Source: Candidatus Methylomirabilota bacterium (GTDB taxonomy: Bacteria > Verrucomicrobiota > Verrucomicrobiia > Limisphaerales > UBA11358). Taken from it: a stretch of 64,000 nucleotides of DNA. Made by a program: the position numbers and the translations under genes. Shown here one piece after another: positions 1 through 9,118 of the stretch. Location: the NCBI GenBank assembly GCA_035644195.1, contig DASQOZ010000070.1:463-64462 (forward strand). Direction: 5' to 3'. The notes under the pieces were generated by a model, which made no database searches, had not been told where the DNA came from, and saw only the letters and a program-made list of their open reading frames with translations. Numbering within the stretch: position 1 is the first letter of the stretch; each line of letters starts with the position of its first letter.

Positions 1-2
1 TG

Positions 3-905
3 ATGACTGGCTCCGTCCTGTTTGAGATTTTTCTCGCCGTGCCGTATTACTTTGCGTTCGGGGATGAGCCGAAACTGGTGGAAAATTCCGTTTTGGCCGT
101 GATGCTTTTGTCCGGCCTCTTCGGCGCGGTGTTGAACGCGTCATCGTCGCTCGCGCGGGAAATCCGCAGTGGAACTGCATTGGCCGTTTTGTCCAAGCCG
201 GTCGGACGCGCGCAATTTCTGCTGGCAAAATTTGCCGGACTTGCCGCCGCGCTCACGGTTTTGACCTATGTAAACATGATCGGCGTGCTGCTCGCCAGCC
301 GGATGGCGTTCGATGCTTATGGCAAAACCGATTTGCCGGCGATTGGAATTTTCGCGGCGGGAATCATTTTTGCCTACGCGCTGGCGGGCTTCAGCAATTT
401 TTTCCTGCGCCGTCCGTTCGTGAGCGACGCGGTTTTGATGTTTGTCGTCATGGCAACGTTGACCGCATTCATCATTTTTCAATTTACCACACAGATGCAA
501 AGCGCCGGAACGGTGGCGCATGTGAATTGGAATTTATTGCCACCGGGAATGTTAATCTTATTCGCGCTGTGGATTCTCGCAGCGCTGGCGCTGGCGTGTT
601 CGACGCGTTTCGACACGATTCCGACGCTGGCGATTTGCTCGGCATTTTTTTTGGTTGGCCTGATGTCGGACTACATTTACTCGCAATCCGGCGGAAAAAT
701 CGAAAGCGGCGCGCCGTGGTGGGCTTCAACGCTTTACAGCATCGTCCCGAACTGGCAGCTTTTCTGGCTCGCCGACGCCATTGACACGGGCAAAAGCACG
801 TTTCAATGGGCTTACGTCGGCAAAGCATTTGGATACATGATTTGCTATGCGGGCGCGGCGCTGGCCGTCGGCACAATGTTGTTTGAAGATCGAGAATTGA
901 GTTAA
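3..905 (+). CDS. ABC-2 type transporter permease-like membrane protein
   Basis: The ORF starts in a TGATG stop/start overlap with a gene lying off-window. It has about 6 hydrophobic helices and an ABC-2/NosY-like loop, SSLAREIRSGTALAVLSKPVGR. Confidence 0.5.
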   Translation: MTGSVLFEIFLAVPYYFAFGDEPKLVENSVLAVMLLSGLFGAVLNASSSLAREIRSGTALAVLSKPVGRAQFLLAKFAGLAAALTVLTYVNMIGVLLASRMAFDAYGKTDLPAIGIFAAGIIFAYALAGFSNFFLRRPFVSDAVLMFVVMATLTAFIIFQFTTQMQSAGTVAHVNWNLLPPGMLILFALWILAALALACSTRFDTIPTLAICSAFFLVGLMSDYIYSQSGGKIESGAPWWASTLYSIVPNWQLFWLADAIDTGKSTFQWAYVGKAFGYMICYAGAALAVGTMLFEDRELS

Positions 906-906
906 A

Positions 907-2763
907 ATGGAACGCAACACACAGAAAAACGGGCTGATAAATCTGGCCGTGACGGTGATGGTTTTCATCGCCGCGTTCGCCGTCACCGTTCTGGCCAATT
1001 CGCTCGCCGGAGAAGCCGCGTCGGTTTTTCTCGGCATCGGCGCGCTCGTCGCGTTCGCAAGCTGGTTTCAGATGCGGCTCGAAGAAAATGAGCGGCTCGA
1101 AAAACTTGAGATCGAGGAAATGGCGCGCGCCAAAGGCGAATCGGCTTTGTTCGAATCGAAGGAATCCGAAGTTTTTCCCGCGCGCCGCTCGCGCGAGCAA
1201 TTTGAAAAATTTTTCGTTCCCGGATTTGCCGTTTTGCTTTTTCTGCTCGAAGCGGGCGGCGCATATCTGCTCTGGCAATGGACCGGCAAATCAACCGCTG
1301 ACATCGCTTCCGCTCACGCCATGCCCGCGCTGTCGCTCTTCGCCATTTTCGCGCTGGTGCTTTTTTTGATCGGGCGTTTTTCCGTGACGATTGCGCGGCT
1401 TGGCAACCACAGATTGTTGCGGCCAAGCGCGAGTTTTCTTTTGGCGGGTGCTTACATTTGCTTTTTCACGGCGCTTGGAATTGCTGGTGTCAAAATTGAA
1501 TTTCCAAAAGCGGATTTTTGGGTCGCCCGAGCGCTTTGCATTCTGCTCGGATTGATGGCGGCGGAAATTCTTCTGACGCTGCTGCTGGAAATTTATCGTC
1601 CACGCATCAAAGGAAAAATTACGCGCCCGCTTTACGACAGCCGCGTCATCGGCCTGCTCGGCCAGCCGGAAAGTCTGTTCACGACCGCTGCGCAAACGCT
1701 CGATTATCAATTCGGCTTCAAGGTTTCGGAAACGTGGTTTTTCCAGATGCTGAAGCAAAATTTGCCCGCGCTTCTGCTGGCACAATTGGTCATCCTGCTG
1801 CTTTCAACTTGTGTTGTTTTCGTCGAGCCGGGCGAGCAGGCAGTGCTTGAACATTTTGGCAAACCCGTCGCCATGCTCGATGCTGGCGCGCATTTCAAAT
1901 TGCCGTTGCCGCTTGATAACATTTACCGCTACAGCACCGAACAGATCCAAACGCTCTACGTCGGCTTCACGCCGGGCGTGGATGAAGCGCAAACGATTCT
2001 TTGGACGATTGCGCACAATCAGGAACAAAATTTTCTCGTCGGCAACCGGTTGACGGCGGCGGTGCAAAAAGAATTGGGCGAGTCCAGCGACGCGCTCAAG
2101 GCGCCGCCCATCAGCCTCATCACTGTCAGCATTCCGGTGCAATTCCAGATCACCAACGTCATGCAATGGGCTTATGCCAATGCCGATGCGACCAGATTGC
2201 TGGCGGACGTGGCGTCGCGCGAAGTCGTGAAATTCCTCGCCGGCGAGGATTTGAAAGACATCCTTTCGCACACGCGATTGGGCGCGGGACAGGAATTGCA
2301 GGCGCGAATCCAATCCGCCGCCAACGCGCGGAAGCTCGGCGCGAAAATTCTTTTTGTCGGCCTGCAGGACATTCATCCGCCGACGCCCATCGCCGCTGAT
2401 TATGAAAACGTGGTCGGCTCATTTCAAAAAATGATTGCGACCACGAACAATGCCGCCGCCGATGCGATCCGCACCAACACGCTGGCCGGCGCAATGGCGT
2501 TTTCGGCGGTAAATGTCGCCGAGGCGTCGCGAATCCAATTGCAAACCGTCGCGCGCGCAAACGTGGCGTTGTTCACGAACCAAATCCCCGCGTTCCAGGC
2601 CGCGCCGTCGGTCTACGAACAGCGCGCGTATTTTGAAGCGTTCGCCGATGCGACCAAAAACGCGCGCAAATATGTTTTGCTCGTGACGAACACGCAGGAC
2701 GTTTTGATTTTTGATTTGGAAGATAAAATTCGCACAGACCTTTTGAACGTGAATCCCGAATAA
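907..2763 (+). CDS. Polytopic membrane protein with C-terminal SPFH/band-7 domain
   Basis: The ATG lies 2 nt after the previous stop. The N-terminal half is multi-TM. The C-terminal half opens with the SPFH core VFVEPGEQAVLEHFGKPV. Confidence 0.55.
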   Translation: MERNTQKNGLINLAVTVMVFIAAFAVTVLANSLAGEAASVFLGIGALVAFASWFQMRLEENERLEKLEIEEMARAKGESALFESKESEVFPARRSREQFEKFFVPGFAVLLFLLEAGGAYLLWQWTGKSTADIASAHAMPALSLFAIFALVLFLIGRFSVTIARLGNHRLLRPSASFLLAGAYICFFTALGIAGVKIEFPKADFWVARALCILLGLMAAEILLTLLLEIYRPRIKGKITRPLYDSRVIGLLGQPESLFTTAAQTLDYQFGFKVSETWFFQMLKQNLPALLLAQLVILLLSTCVVFVEPGEQAVLEHFGKPVAMLDAGAHFKLPLPLDNIYRYSTEQIQTLYVGFTPGVDEAQTILWTIAHNQEQNFLVGNRLTAAVQKELGESSDALKAPPISLITVSIPVQFQITNVMQWAYANADATRLLADVASREVVKFLAGEDLKDILSHTRLGAGQELQARIQSAANARKLGAKILFVGLQDIHPPTPIAADYENVVGSFQKMIATTNNAAADAIRTNTLAGAMAFSAVNVAEASRIQLQTVARANVALFTNQIPAFQAAPSVYEQRAYFEAFADATKNARKYVLLVTNTQDVLIFDLEDKIRTDLLNVNPE

Positions 2764-2767
2764 TTTT

Positions 2768-3673
2768 ATGAAACGGAATCTTGTGACCACCATTGTTGCC
2801 GCGGCGTTGATCGTGATTTTCGCGATGCTGCTGTTTTCATTTCAAGTGCGCCAATCGGAAGTCGCCGTCGTCACGACGTTCGGCAAGCCGGTTGGCAACA
2901 TCACCGAGCCAAATCTTTATTTCAAATGGCCGTGGCCGATCCAAAAAATTTATAAATTCGACAATCGCGTCCAGAATTTTGAAGACAGGTTCAGCGAAAA
3001 TCAGACAAGAGACCAAATCACCATCTTGACGAGCGTTTATATTGGCTGGCGGATTTCTGACGGACAGCGGTTTTTGCAGGTTTTCAAAAACGGCTCCGTT
3101 CCCGCCGCGCAGCAAATGCTCGAAGTCATGTTACGCAGCGCAAAAAACGCCGTCATCGCATCAAACGAACTGTCCGGTTTTGTAAATTCCGATCCGCAGC
3201 AATTGAAATTTGAAGAAATCGAAAATAAAATCAAAATGGCGGTGCAGACGCAATTGAGCACGAACAACGTCGGCATCAACATCGAATTTCTCGGCTTCAA
3301 AAAAATCGGGCTGCCCGAAAGCGTGACGCAAACGGTTTTTGACCGCATGAAATCGGAGCGCCAGAGCATAATCGTCGCAAACCAGTCGCTCGGCGATTCC
3401 GAGGCGATGAAAATCAAGTCCACGGCCGAACGCCAGGCCGCCGAGACGATTTCAAAAGCCAGCGCCGAGGCCATCCAAATCCGCGCTGCGGGCGAGGCCG
3501 AAGCCGCGAAAACATTCGCCATCTTCCAGCAAAATCCCGAACTGGCGAATTTTCTTTTGCGGATTGATGCGTGGAAACAATCGCTCAACCAGCATTCGAC
3601 TTTGATTTTTGACGAACGCTACCCACCGTTTGATTTGTTCAAATATTTGCCGACGAATTCCATGACGAAATAA
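2768..3673 (+). CDS. SPFH/band-7 family protein (HflC-like)
   Basis: Single N-terminal TM helix, then VRQSEVAVVTTFGKPV and an Ala/Glu-rich coiled C-terminal region typical of prohibitin/HflC-type proteins. Confidence 0.6.
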   Translation: MKRNLVTTIVAAALIVIFAMLLFSFQVRQSEVAVVTTFGKPVGNITEPNLYFKWPWPIQKIYKFDNRVQNFEDRFSENQTRDQITILTSVYIGWRISDGQRFLQVFKNGSVPAAQQMLEVMLRSAKNAVIASNELSGFVNSDPQQLKFEEIENKIKMAVQTQLSTNNVGINIEFLGFKKIGLPESVTQTVFDRMKSERQSIIVANQSLGDSEAMKIKSTAERQAAETISKASAEAIQIRAAGEAEAAKTFAIFQQNPELANFLLRIDAWKQSLNQHSTLIFDERYPPFDLFKYLPTNSMTK

Positions 3674-3677
3674 TTTG

Positions 3678-4790
3678 ATGAACGAACACGACCATCACGA
3701 TCACGAGCATCCGCACTTGCCGAGCCAAAGCAATGCGACGGCTGGCGTGCCGGAAACGCAGGACGCCGGCACGCAGGCGCTGGCCGAGGCGTTGCGCAGC
3801 AGTTTTTTCATCGTCAAAATTGTGATGGCGCTGATGGTCGTCGCATTTTTCAGTTCGGGATTTTTCACCGTCGGCCCGCAGGAAAAAGCCGTCATACTCC
3901 GTTTCGGCAAACCCGTCGGCGAGGGCGAAAAGATTTTGCTCAACGCCGGGTTGCACTGGTCGTTTCCGTATCCGGTTGATGAAGTCGTGAAAATTCCGAT
4001 CACGGAACAGCAAACGCTCCAATCCACCGTCGGCTGGTATTTCACGACGCCCGAACAGGAATTGAGCGGCGAGGAAATTCCCGCCGGCCAGTCGCTCGAT
4101 CCGGCGCGCGACGGCTTTGCCATCACCGCCGACCGCAACATCATTCACACAAAAGCTACGCTGCATTATCACATCGAAGACCCGATTCGATATGTGTTCG
4201 GCTTTTTGTCCGCATCCAACACGATTCAAAATGCGTTGAATGAGTCGGTGCTTTACACCGCCGCGCATTTCAAGGTGGACGACGCGCTTTATGCCGACCA
4301 AGCCGGATTTCAGGATGCCGTGCGCATTCGCGTCGGCAATTTGACCGATGCGGAAAAGCTCGGCATCGTCATTGACAATTGCAACGTGCAAAATATTCCG
4401 CCGCGTCAATTGAAAGACGTTTTCGCGCAAGTCATTGAGTCACGCGAAAATCGCACCAAGACAATGACCGAGGCCAGAAGCGCGGCGGACAAAATTTTGC
4501 GCAATGCCGATGCGCAATCCAAAAGCATCGAGAATCTGGCAGAATCGGCGCGAACGAATTATGTCTCGCTCGTCAACGCCGACGCGAAACGATTCAGCGA
4601 ATTGCTGCCGCAATACCGGACCAACTCTGCCTTGGTCGCGCAACAAATGCTCATGCCCGCGCTCGGCAACGTGATGACCAATGTGCAGGACAAAATCTTT
4701 TTGCCGCAACGCGCCGATGGCAAACCGCGCGAACTTCGGTTAATGTTAAATCGCGAACCGCCTCAGCCGAAAAATGCGGCGAGCCAGTAA
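3678..4790 (+). CDS. SPFH/band-7 family protein (HflK-like) with His-rich N-terminus
   Basis: I prefer the ATG at 3678 over the track TTG at 3675. N-terminus is MNEHDHHDHEHPH, followed by a TM helix and the SPFH core GPQEKAVILRFGKPV. Confidence 0.6.
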   Translation: MNEHDHHDHEHPHLPSQSNATAGVPETQDAGTQALAEALRSSFFIVKIVMALMVVAFFSSGFFTVGPQEKAVILRFGKPVGEGEKILLNAGLHWSFPYPVDEVVKIPITEQQTLQSTVGWYFTTPEQELSGEEIPAGQSLDPARDGFAITADRNIIHTKATLHYHIEDPIRYVFGFLSASNTIQNALNESVLYTAAHFKVDDALYADQAGFQDAVRIRVGNLTDAEKLGIVIDNCNVQNIPPRQLKDVFAQVIESRENRTKTMTEARSAADKILRNADAQSKSIENLAESARTNYVSLVNADAKRFSELLPQYRTNSALVAQQMLMPALGNVMTNVQDKIFLPQRADGKPRELRLMLNREPPQPKNAASQ

Positions 4791-4822
4791 ATGAAAAATT
4801 TAATCTTGAACGCGATAGCGTC

Positions 4823-4897
4823 TTGGAGTGCGGCAGCCTTCTGCCGCTTTCGATCGGCAAACCGGTTTGAAAGCGCCAGAGGACTGGCGCAGTCCAA
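4823..4897. repeat. Double-hairpin REP-like element
   Basis: Two 7-bp stem / 4-nt loop hairpins: gcggcag-cctt-ctgccgc (4830-4847) and gcgccag-agga-ctggcgc (4873-4890). They are enclosed by pairing termini ttggagt...agtccaa. Intergenic, just after the SPFH operon. Confidence 0.6.
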
Positions 4898-4925
4898 AAA
4901 CCTGTCGGCAAATCTGTAATTAAAA

Positions 4926-5330
4926 ATGGACGCGATGCAAAAAAAGAAAATGTGGAAAGTGGCGGCGATACATTTGTTGCTTTCTCTACTTGCGATTTTT
5001 GGCGTTTTTTATTTCTTTTTTTTCTTGGGTGATTTTTTATATCTCCCCGTCACATTCTGGAGTAAGATGTGCATGTGGCTTCAACCTTTTTTCTGCCAAT
5101 TGTTCTTTTTCTTTCTAAAGGCTGATGCGGAAAATCTGGAAATTTCTTTGCTTATACAAATTCCACTGTATCTGTTTTGTATTTTAATTTGGAGCTTTTG
5201 TGTTGGTTGGCTTTATACAAAATTAGTTAGTTTGCTCAACCGTGATTCAATTCTCGGCAGAAAAGTTTTTTCAAATCGTAAATCGCAAATCATAAATCGT
5301 AAATTTCTATGCAAGTCACTTCACTTTTAA
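4926..5330 (+). CDS. Hypothetical small membrane protein (AT-rich)
   Basis: 134-aa ORF that is very hydrophobic and Phe/Leu-rich, with lower GC than its neighbours. Its 3' end runs through a heptamer repeat and overlaps the ATPase start. I recognise no family. Confidence 0.3.
   Translation: MDAMQKKKMWKVAAIHLLLSLLAIFGVFYFFFFLGDFLYLPVTFWSKMCMWLQPFFCQLFFFFLKADAENLEISLLIQIPLYLFCILIWSFCVGWLYTKLVSLLNRDSILGRKVFSNRKSQIINRKFLCKSLHF
5273..5304. repeat. Heptanucleotide tandem repeat (AAATCGT-like, about 4.5 units)
   Basis: aaatcgt aaatcgc aaatcat aaatcgt aaat, ending 5 nt before the ATPase ATG at 5309. Confidence 0.8.
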
Positions 5331-7351
5331 GCCAGCACGAACACGATGACAATTGCGGCTGCGGCCATGACCACGAACATTCGTCGGTGCATTTGTGGCA
5401 GGCCGTCCTCGGAATCGTGCTGGTGCTGAATGCGTTCATCGTGGACTGGATTTTTTCCGAAGGCAGCACGGTCGCCAGCTTCAGCGCATTTTTCGGCGCG
5501 ATCATTTTGATTTATCCCATCGTCGTCACGGCCATCAAGGATTTGCGGCAAGGCCGTTTGAGCATCAACGAACTTGTCGCCATCGCCGTGCTCGCGGCGT
5601 TTGCGTCCGGCGCCGTCGGCGTTTTCAACGGGCAGGAGGCAAGTGTTTTCAGCACGCAAGCCAGCACGGGCTACAAAACCGCCGGCCTCATCGCCTTCCT
5701 GATGCTCATCGGCGAACTCATCGAAACACGCACCGCCGAGGGCGCGCGCCAATCCATCGAATCGCTGATAAAATTAACTCCGACCAAAGCGCGGCGAATC
5801 ACAAAAGACGGCAGCGAAGAAGAAATTGCTGCGAGCGAATTGAGCGTCGGCGACACGATTCGCATTCGTCCCGGCGACAATGTCGCGGCGGACGGAATTA
5901 TTTTGAGCGGCCAAGGCTCGTTCAACCAGGCGACCATCACCGGCGAATCATTGCCCGCCGACAAAAAAACTGGCGATGAAGTTTTTGCCGGCACGCAAAA
6001 TCTTACCGGCGTTCTGGAAATCAAAGTCAGCCGCGCCGGTGAAGACACGACGCTTGGCCGTGTGCGCGAATTGATTCTCGCCGCCGAAAAAACCAAATTG
6101 CCCATCATGAAAATCGTGGATCAATACATGGGCTATTACACGCCGCTCGTGTTGCTCATCGGCATTTTGGTCTGGGCGTTCACGCACGATTTGAGCCGCG
6201 TCATCGCCGTGTTCGTCGTCTCATGCCCGTGCGCGTTCATTCTCGCAACACCGACGGCGATGGTCGCCGCGCTGTCCGCCGCCGCGCGTTTGGGAATTTT
6301 GATCAAGAACGTCGCCGACATCGAAGCTGCCGCAAAAATCAACGCTTTCATCTTCGACAAAACCGGCACTCTCACGACCGGCCAGCTTGCCGTCAGCCGC
6401 CTCGCGCCGATTGGCGAAACGAAACCCGCCGAACTTCTGTTGCTCGCAGCGTCCGCAGAAAAATACAGCAATCATCCAACCGCCAAAGCGCTTGCGACGC
6501 TCGCAGGCGAAGCCGGAGTTCCGCTGGCCGAACCAAAAGATTTTACCGAAACGGCCGGTCGCGGCGTGAAAGCGGAAATCAATGGCGCGAAAATTTTGGT
6601 CGGGCGCGCGCAATGGCTGAAAGACAACGGCGTGGATTCCAATTTCGAAAAATCCGTTGACCTCAACGAGACCGAAGGTTGGAGTTTGATTTTCGTCGCA
6701 CAAAACGGGAAATGCGTCGGCTGGGTCGGCTTGCAGGACAAAACTCGCGCAGAAGCAAAAGAAGCGTTGACCGAATTGAAAGAAGCCGGCGTTCGCCGCA
6801 TCGCGATGATTTCTGGCGACCGTCAGGTTGTTGCCACTCGCGTCGCCGCCGAAATTGGTTGCGAAGAAGCAAAAGGTGATTGTTTGCCGCAAAACAAAGT
6901 TGAATTCGTCCGCGCCGTGAAAGCGAAAGGTTATCGCGTCGCGGTCGTCGGCGACGGCGTGAACGACGCGCCGGCGCTCGCGGCGGGCGACATCGGCATC
7001 GCAATGGGCGCGGCGGGCAGCGAAGTGGCGATCCACAGCGCGACGATTGCGCTGATGAACAACGACCTGCGCCGGTTGCCGTTCCTCGTGAAACTTTCGC
7101 GCAGCGCGCGTGCGGTCATCAACCAGAATTTTATTTTCGGCGTTTGCTTCATCATCGTCGGATTGTCGGCGTCGGCGTTCGGCTATATCGGCCCGGTCAC
7201 CGCCGCGATTTTGCACGTCACCGGCACACTCTTCGTGATTTTCAACAGCGCGCGCCTCGTGCGCAAAGGCGAGGAACTGGAACATTTCCATCCCGAACCG
7301 GAAGAACCGCCGCAAAAAGTTTCCGGCCAACTGACGCCGAAGCTGGCGTAA
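5309..7351 (+). CDS. Heavy-metal translocating P1B-type ATPase (Zn/Cd/Pb-type CPC motif)
   Basis: Motifs SCPCAF (CPC), DKTGTLT and GDGVNDAPAL are present. The N-terminus is His/Cys-rich (HEHDDNCGCGHDHEH) in place of an HMA domain. Confidence 0.9.
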   Translation: MQVTSLLSQHEHDDNCGCGHDHEHSSVHLWQAVLGIVLVLNAFIVDWIFSEGSTVASFSAFFGAIILIYPIVVTAIKDLRQGRLSINELVAIAVLAAFASGAVGVFNGQEASVFSTQASTGYKTAGLIAFLMLIGELIETRTAEGARQSIESLIKLTPTKARRITKDGSEEEIAASELSVGDTIRIRPGDNVAADGIILSGQGSFNQATITGESLPADKKTGDEVFAGTQNLTGVLEIKVSRAGEDTTLGRVRELILAAEKTKLPIMKIVDQYMGYYTPLVLLIGILVWAFTHDLSRVIAVFVVSCPCAFILATPTAMVAALSAAARLGILIKNVADIEAAAKINAFIFDKTGTLTTGQLAVSRLAPIGETKPAELLLLAASAEKYSNHPTAKALATLAGEAGVPLAEPKDFTETAGRGVKAEINGAKILVGRAQWLKDNGVDSNFEKSVDLNETEGWSLIFVAQNGKCVGWVGLQDKTRAEAKEALTELKEAGVRRIAMISGDRQVVATRVAAEIGCEEAKGDCLPQNKVEFVRAVKAKGYRVAVVGDGVNDAPALAAGDIGIAMGAAGSEVAIHSATIALMNNDLRRLPFLVKLSRSARAVINQNFIFGVCFIIVGLSASAFGYIGPVTAAILHVTGTLFVIFNSARLVRKGEELEHFHPEPEEPPQKVSGQLTPKLA

Positions 7352-7360
7352 TTTTTCCGT

Positions 7361-7813
7361 ATGCCGAAACGCAAAGACACAAAGTTGGAATCAGAAGGCG
7401 CAGAATTTTTAGTTCTAGGCCATCTGCTAATTGAAGGTGTCCATTGCTACAAAGCTTACGTTAATTTCCCCGGCTACGATTTAACCGCAGTAAATCCGAT
7501 TACCGGAAAAACCGCTAAAATACAGGTGAAAAGCCGATGGGCAACGGATTACGATAAAAGTTTTCCGCTCAAGAATTTTAACTGTAATTTTGTAGTTCAT
7601 GTTGCACTCAATCGCGGTAATTCATTCAGAAAACGTGCAACAAAAGTTAGTCCTACGTCTCCAGAGTTTTATGTATTGCCAATCGAAGAAGCGAAGAAAG
7701 CGCTGAAAGAAAGCGGTGGATGGAGCAAAGTGCGCCTAAATAAAATTCCAAAATCTAAATTGTCTTTTTACAAAGACAATTGGCAATTGATTCGTGATTT
7801 TTTAGAAAATTGA
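7361..7813 (+). CDS. Hypothetical protein, possible PD-(D/E)XK (Hjc-like) nuclease fold
   Basis: AT-rich 150-aa ORF. The pattern E-x8-G...YDLTAV...AKIQVKSR resembles the D...(D/E/Q)xK core of archaeal Hjc-type nucleases. This is a weak, motif-only call. Confidence 0.3.
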   Translation: MPKRKDTKLESEGAEFLVLGHLLIEGVHCYKAYVNFPGYDLTAVNPITGKTAKIQVKSRWATDYDKSFPLKNFNCNFVVHVALNRGNSFRKRATKVSPTSPEFYVLPIEEAKKALKESGGWSKVRLNKIPKSKLSFYKDNWQLIRDFLEN

Positions 7814-7817
7814 TTTT

Positions 7818-9032
7818 ATGCCCGTCGCTGAATTAAATCCGCAAACGCAAACCGGAAATCAAAGATCCGCCGAAGTCGTCGTGTCCGTGCGCGGGTTGAC
7901 AAAAGTTTTCAAGGATTTCTGGAATCGCCCCAAGGCGCGAGCGGTGGACAACGTGGATTTTGAAGTCCGGCGCGGCGAAGTTTTTGGACTGCTCGGCCCG
8001 AATGGTTCCGGCAAATCCACGACGGTCAAGCTGCTGCTCGGTTTGCTGAACCCGACGAAGGGTCACATCGAGGTCTTCGGCCATTCGCCGCGCCATGTGC
8101 AGACGAAATCGCGCATCGGTTATTTGCCGGAGGAATCGTATCTGTATCGCTACCTCAACTCGCGCGAGACGCTGGATTTTTTTGGAAATCTTTTCCAACT
8201 CTCGAAAGGCGACCGCGATAATCGCGCGGAACAATTGCTTGAAATGGTCGGCCTCGGCAAAACGCAAACGCGAGCCGTCGGTGAATTTTCCAAGGGTATG
8301 CAGCGCCGCATCGGTCTGGCGCAGGCGCTCATTAACGATCCCGATTTGGTGATTCTCGACGAACCGACCGCCGGCCTTGATCCGATTGGCTGCCGTGAAG
8401 TGAAGGATTTGATCATCGCGCTCGCGCGTCGTGGCAAGACGGTGATCTTGAGCAGCCATCTGCTTTCCGATGTCGAGGACGTTTGCGACCGCGTGGTGAT
8501 TTATTACGGCGGAAAAATTCAGGCCGCAGGCACGTTGAAAGAATTGCTCGCGACGCCGGATACGCTGCAAATCACGACGCCGGTCCTACCGCGCGAAACT
8601 TTGGAGCGCGTTCTGGAAATCATCCGCAAGGATGTTTCAACCGGCGAAGTGCGCGTGGACAATCCGACGCAAAATCTCGAAAGCTATTTTCTCGACGTGG
8701 TCGCGAAGGCGCGCGCGGCGAATGAAACCAGCGGCGCGCAATCCGGCGCGCGCGTGGCCGAATATCTGCGCGGCGGAGAATCGGCGCACAGCGCCGACGC
8801 TACAGCAAAAGTTTTGGAAAAACTTTCATTGCCACAGGCAGCGCAAACCATTTCTGAAATAAAAATTTCCGCGCCCGCCGCTGAAAAGAAATTGGACGAC
8901 AAAAAACTGGCCGCGTTGACGCAGCCGACCGAGACGAAAATTCCAGAAGCCAAACCAGTGCCAGAAGCGAAGCCGGTGGATTTGTCGAAAGCGGATGAAA
9001 AATTGTCGTCGCTGCTCGGAAACAAGAAATGA
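7818..9032 (+). CDS. ABC transporter ATP-binding protein with low-complexity C-terminal extension
   Basis: Walker A GPNGSGKST, signature FSKGMQRR and Walker B LVILDEPTAGLD. The C-terminal tail contains PEAKPV PEAKPV. Confidence 0.85.
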   Translation: MPVAELNPQTQTGNQRSAEVVVSVRGLTKVFKDFWNRPKARAVDNVDFEVRRGEVFGLLGPNGSGKSTTVKLLLGLLNPTKGHIEVFGHSPRHVQTKSRIGYLPEESYLYRYLNSRETLDFFGNLFQLSKGDRDNRAEQLLEMVGLGKTQTRAVGEFSKGMQRRIGLAQALINDPDLVILDEPTAGLDPIGCREVKDLIIALARRGKTVILSSHLLSDVEDVCDRVVIYYGGKIQAAGTLKELLATPDTLQITTPVLPRETLERVLEIIRKDVSTGEVRVDNPTQNLESYFLDVVAKARAANETSGAQSGARVAEYLRGGESAHSADATAKVLEKLSLPQAAQTISEIKISAPAAEKKLDDKKLAALTQPTETKIPEAKPVPEAKPVDLSKADEKLSSLLGNKK

Positions 9033-9039
9033 TTTTCAT

Positions 9040-9102
9040 CCGCAGAGTCGCCGAGACGCAGAGAATTTCAATTTTCAACTCTGCGCCTCCGCGTCTCTGC
9101 GG
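9040..9102. repeat. Imperfect palindromic element (CCGCAGAG...CTCTGCGG)
   Basis: The arms ccgcagagtcgccgagacgcagag and ctctgcgcctccgcgtctctgcgg flank an AT loop. Located between the ABC ATPase and permease genes. Confidence 0.6.
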
Positions 9103-9118
9103 TTAGCTAAATTTTGAA

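Noticed and set aside
5273-5304. The heptamer tracts and hairpin repeats, considered as a CRISPR array or mini-array.
   Set aside because: The units are 7 nt with no spacers, and the palindromic elements are single dispersed copies. No cas genes are present, and nothing has CRISPR repeat-spacer periodicity.
6221-7330. Long antisense or alternate-frame ORFs in the track. Examples are 6221-7330(-), 55081-56220(-), 43742-44776(+), 61119-62039(+), 9176-9925(-), 19158-20012(+), 37173-38048(+) and 44859-45944(+).
   Set aside because: Each lies entirely inside a well-supported gene on the other strand or frame. Their translations are Arg/Ala/Gly-rich with no motifs. These are typical shadow ORFs of GC-rich coding DNA.
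8935-8960. A second TGGCAC-N5-xxGC sigma-54-like motif on the minus strand. There is a similar one near 48309.
   Set aside because: Both lie inside coding regions with no downstream gene start in the right orientation. Such matches are expected by chance in GC-rich DNA.
8925-8965. The tandem PEAKPV PEAKPV-encoding repeat in the ABC ATPase tail, considered as a possible repeat element.
   Set aside because: It has only two units of 18 nt within a generally low-complexity Pro/Glu/Lys tail. It has no palindromic or dispersed character.
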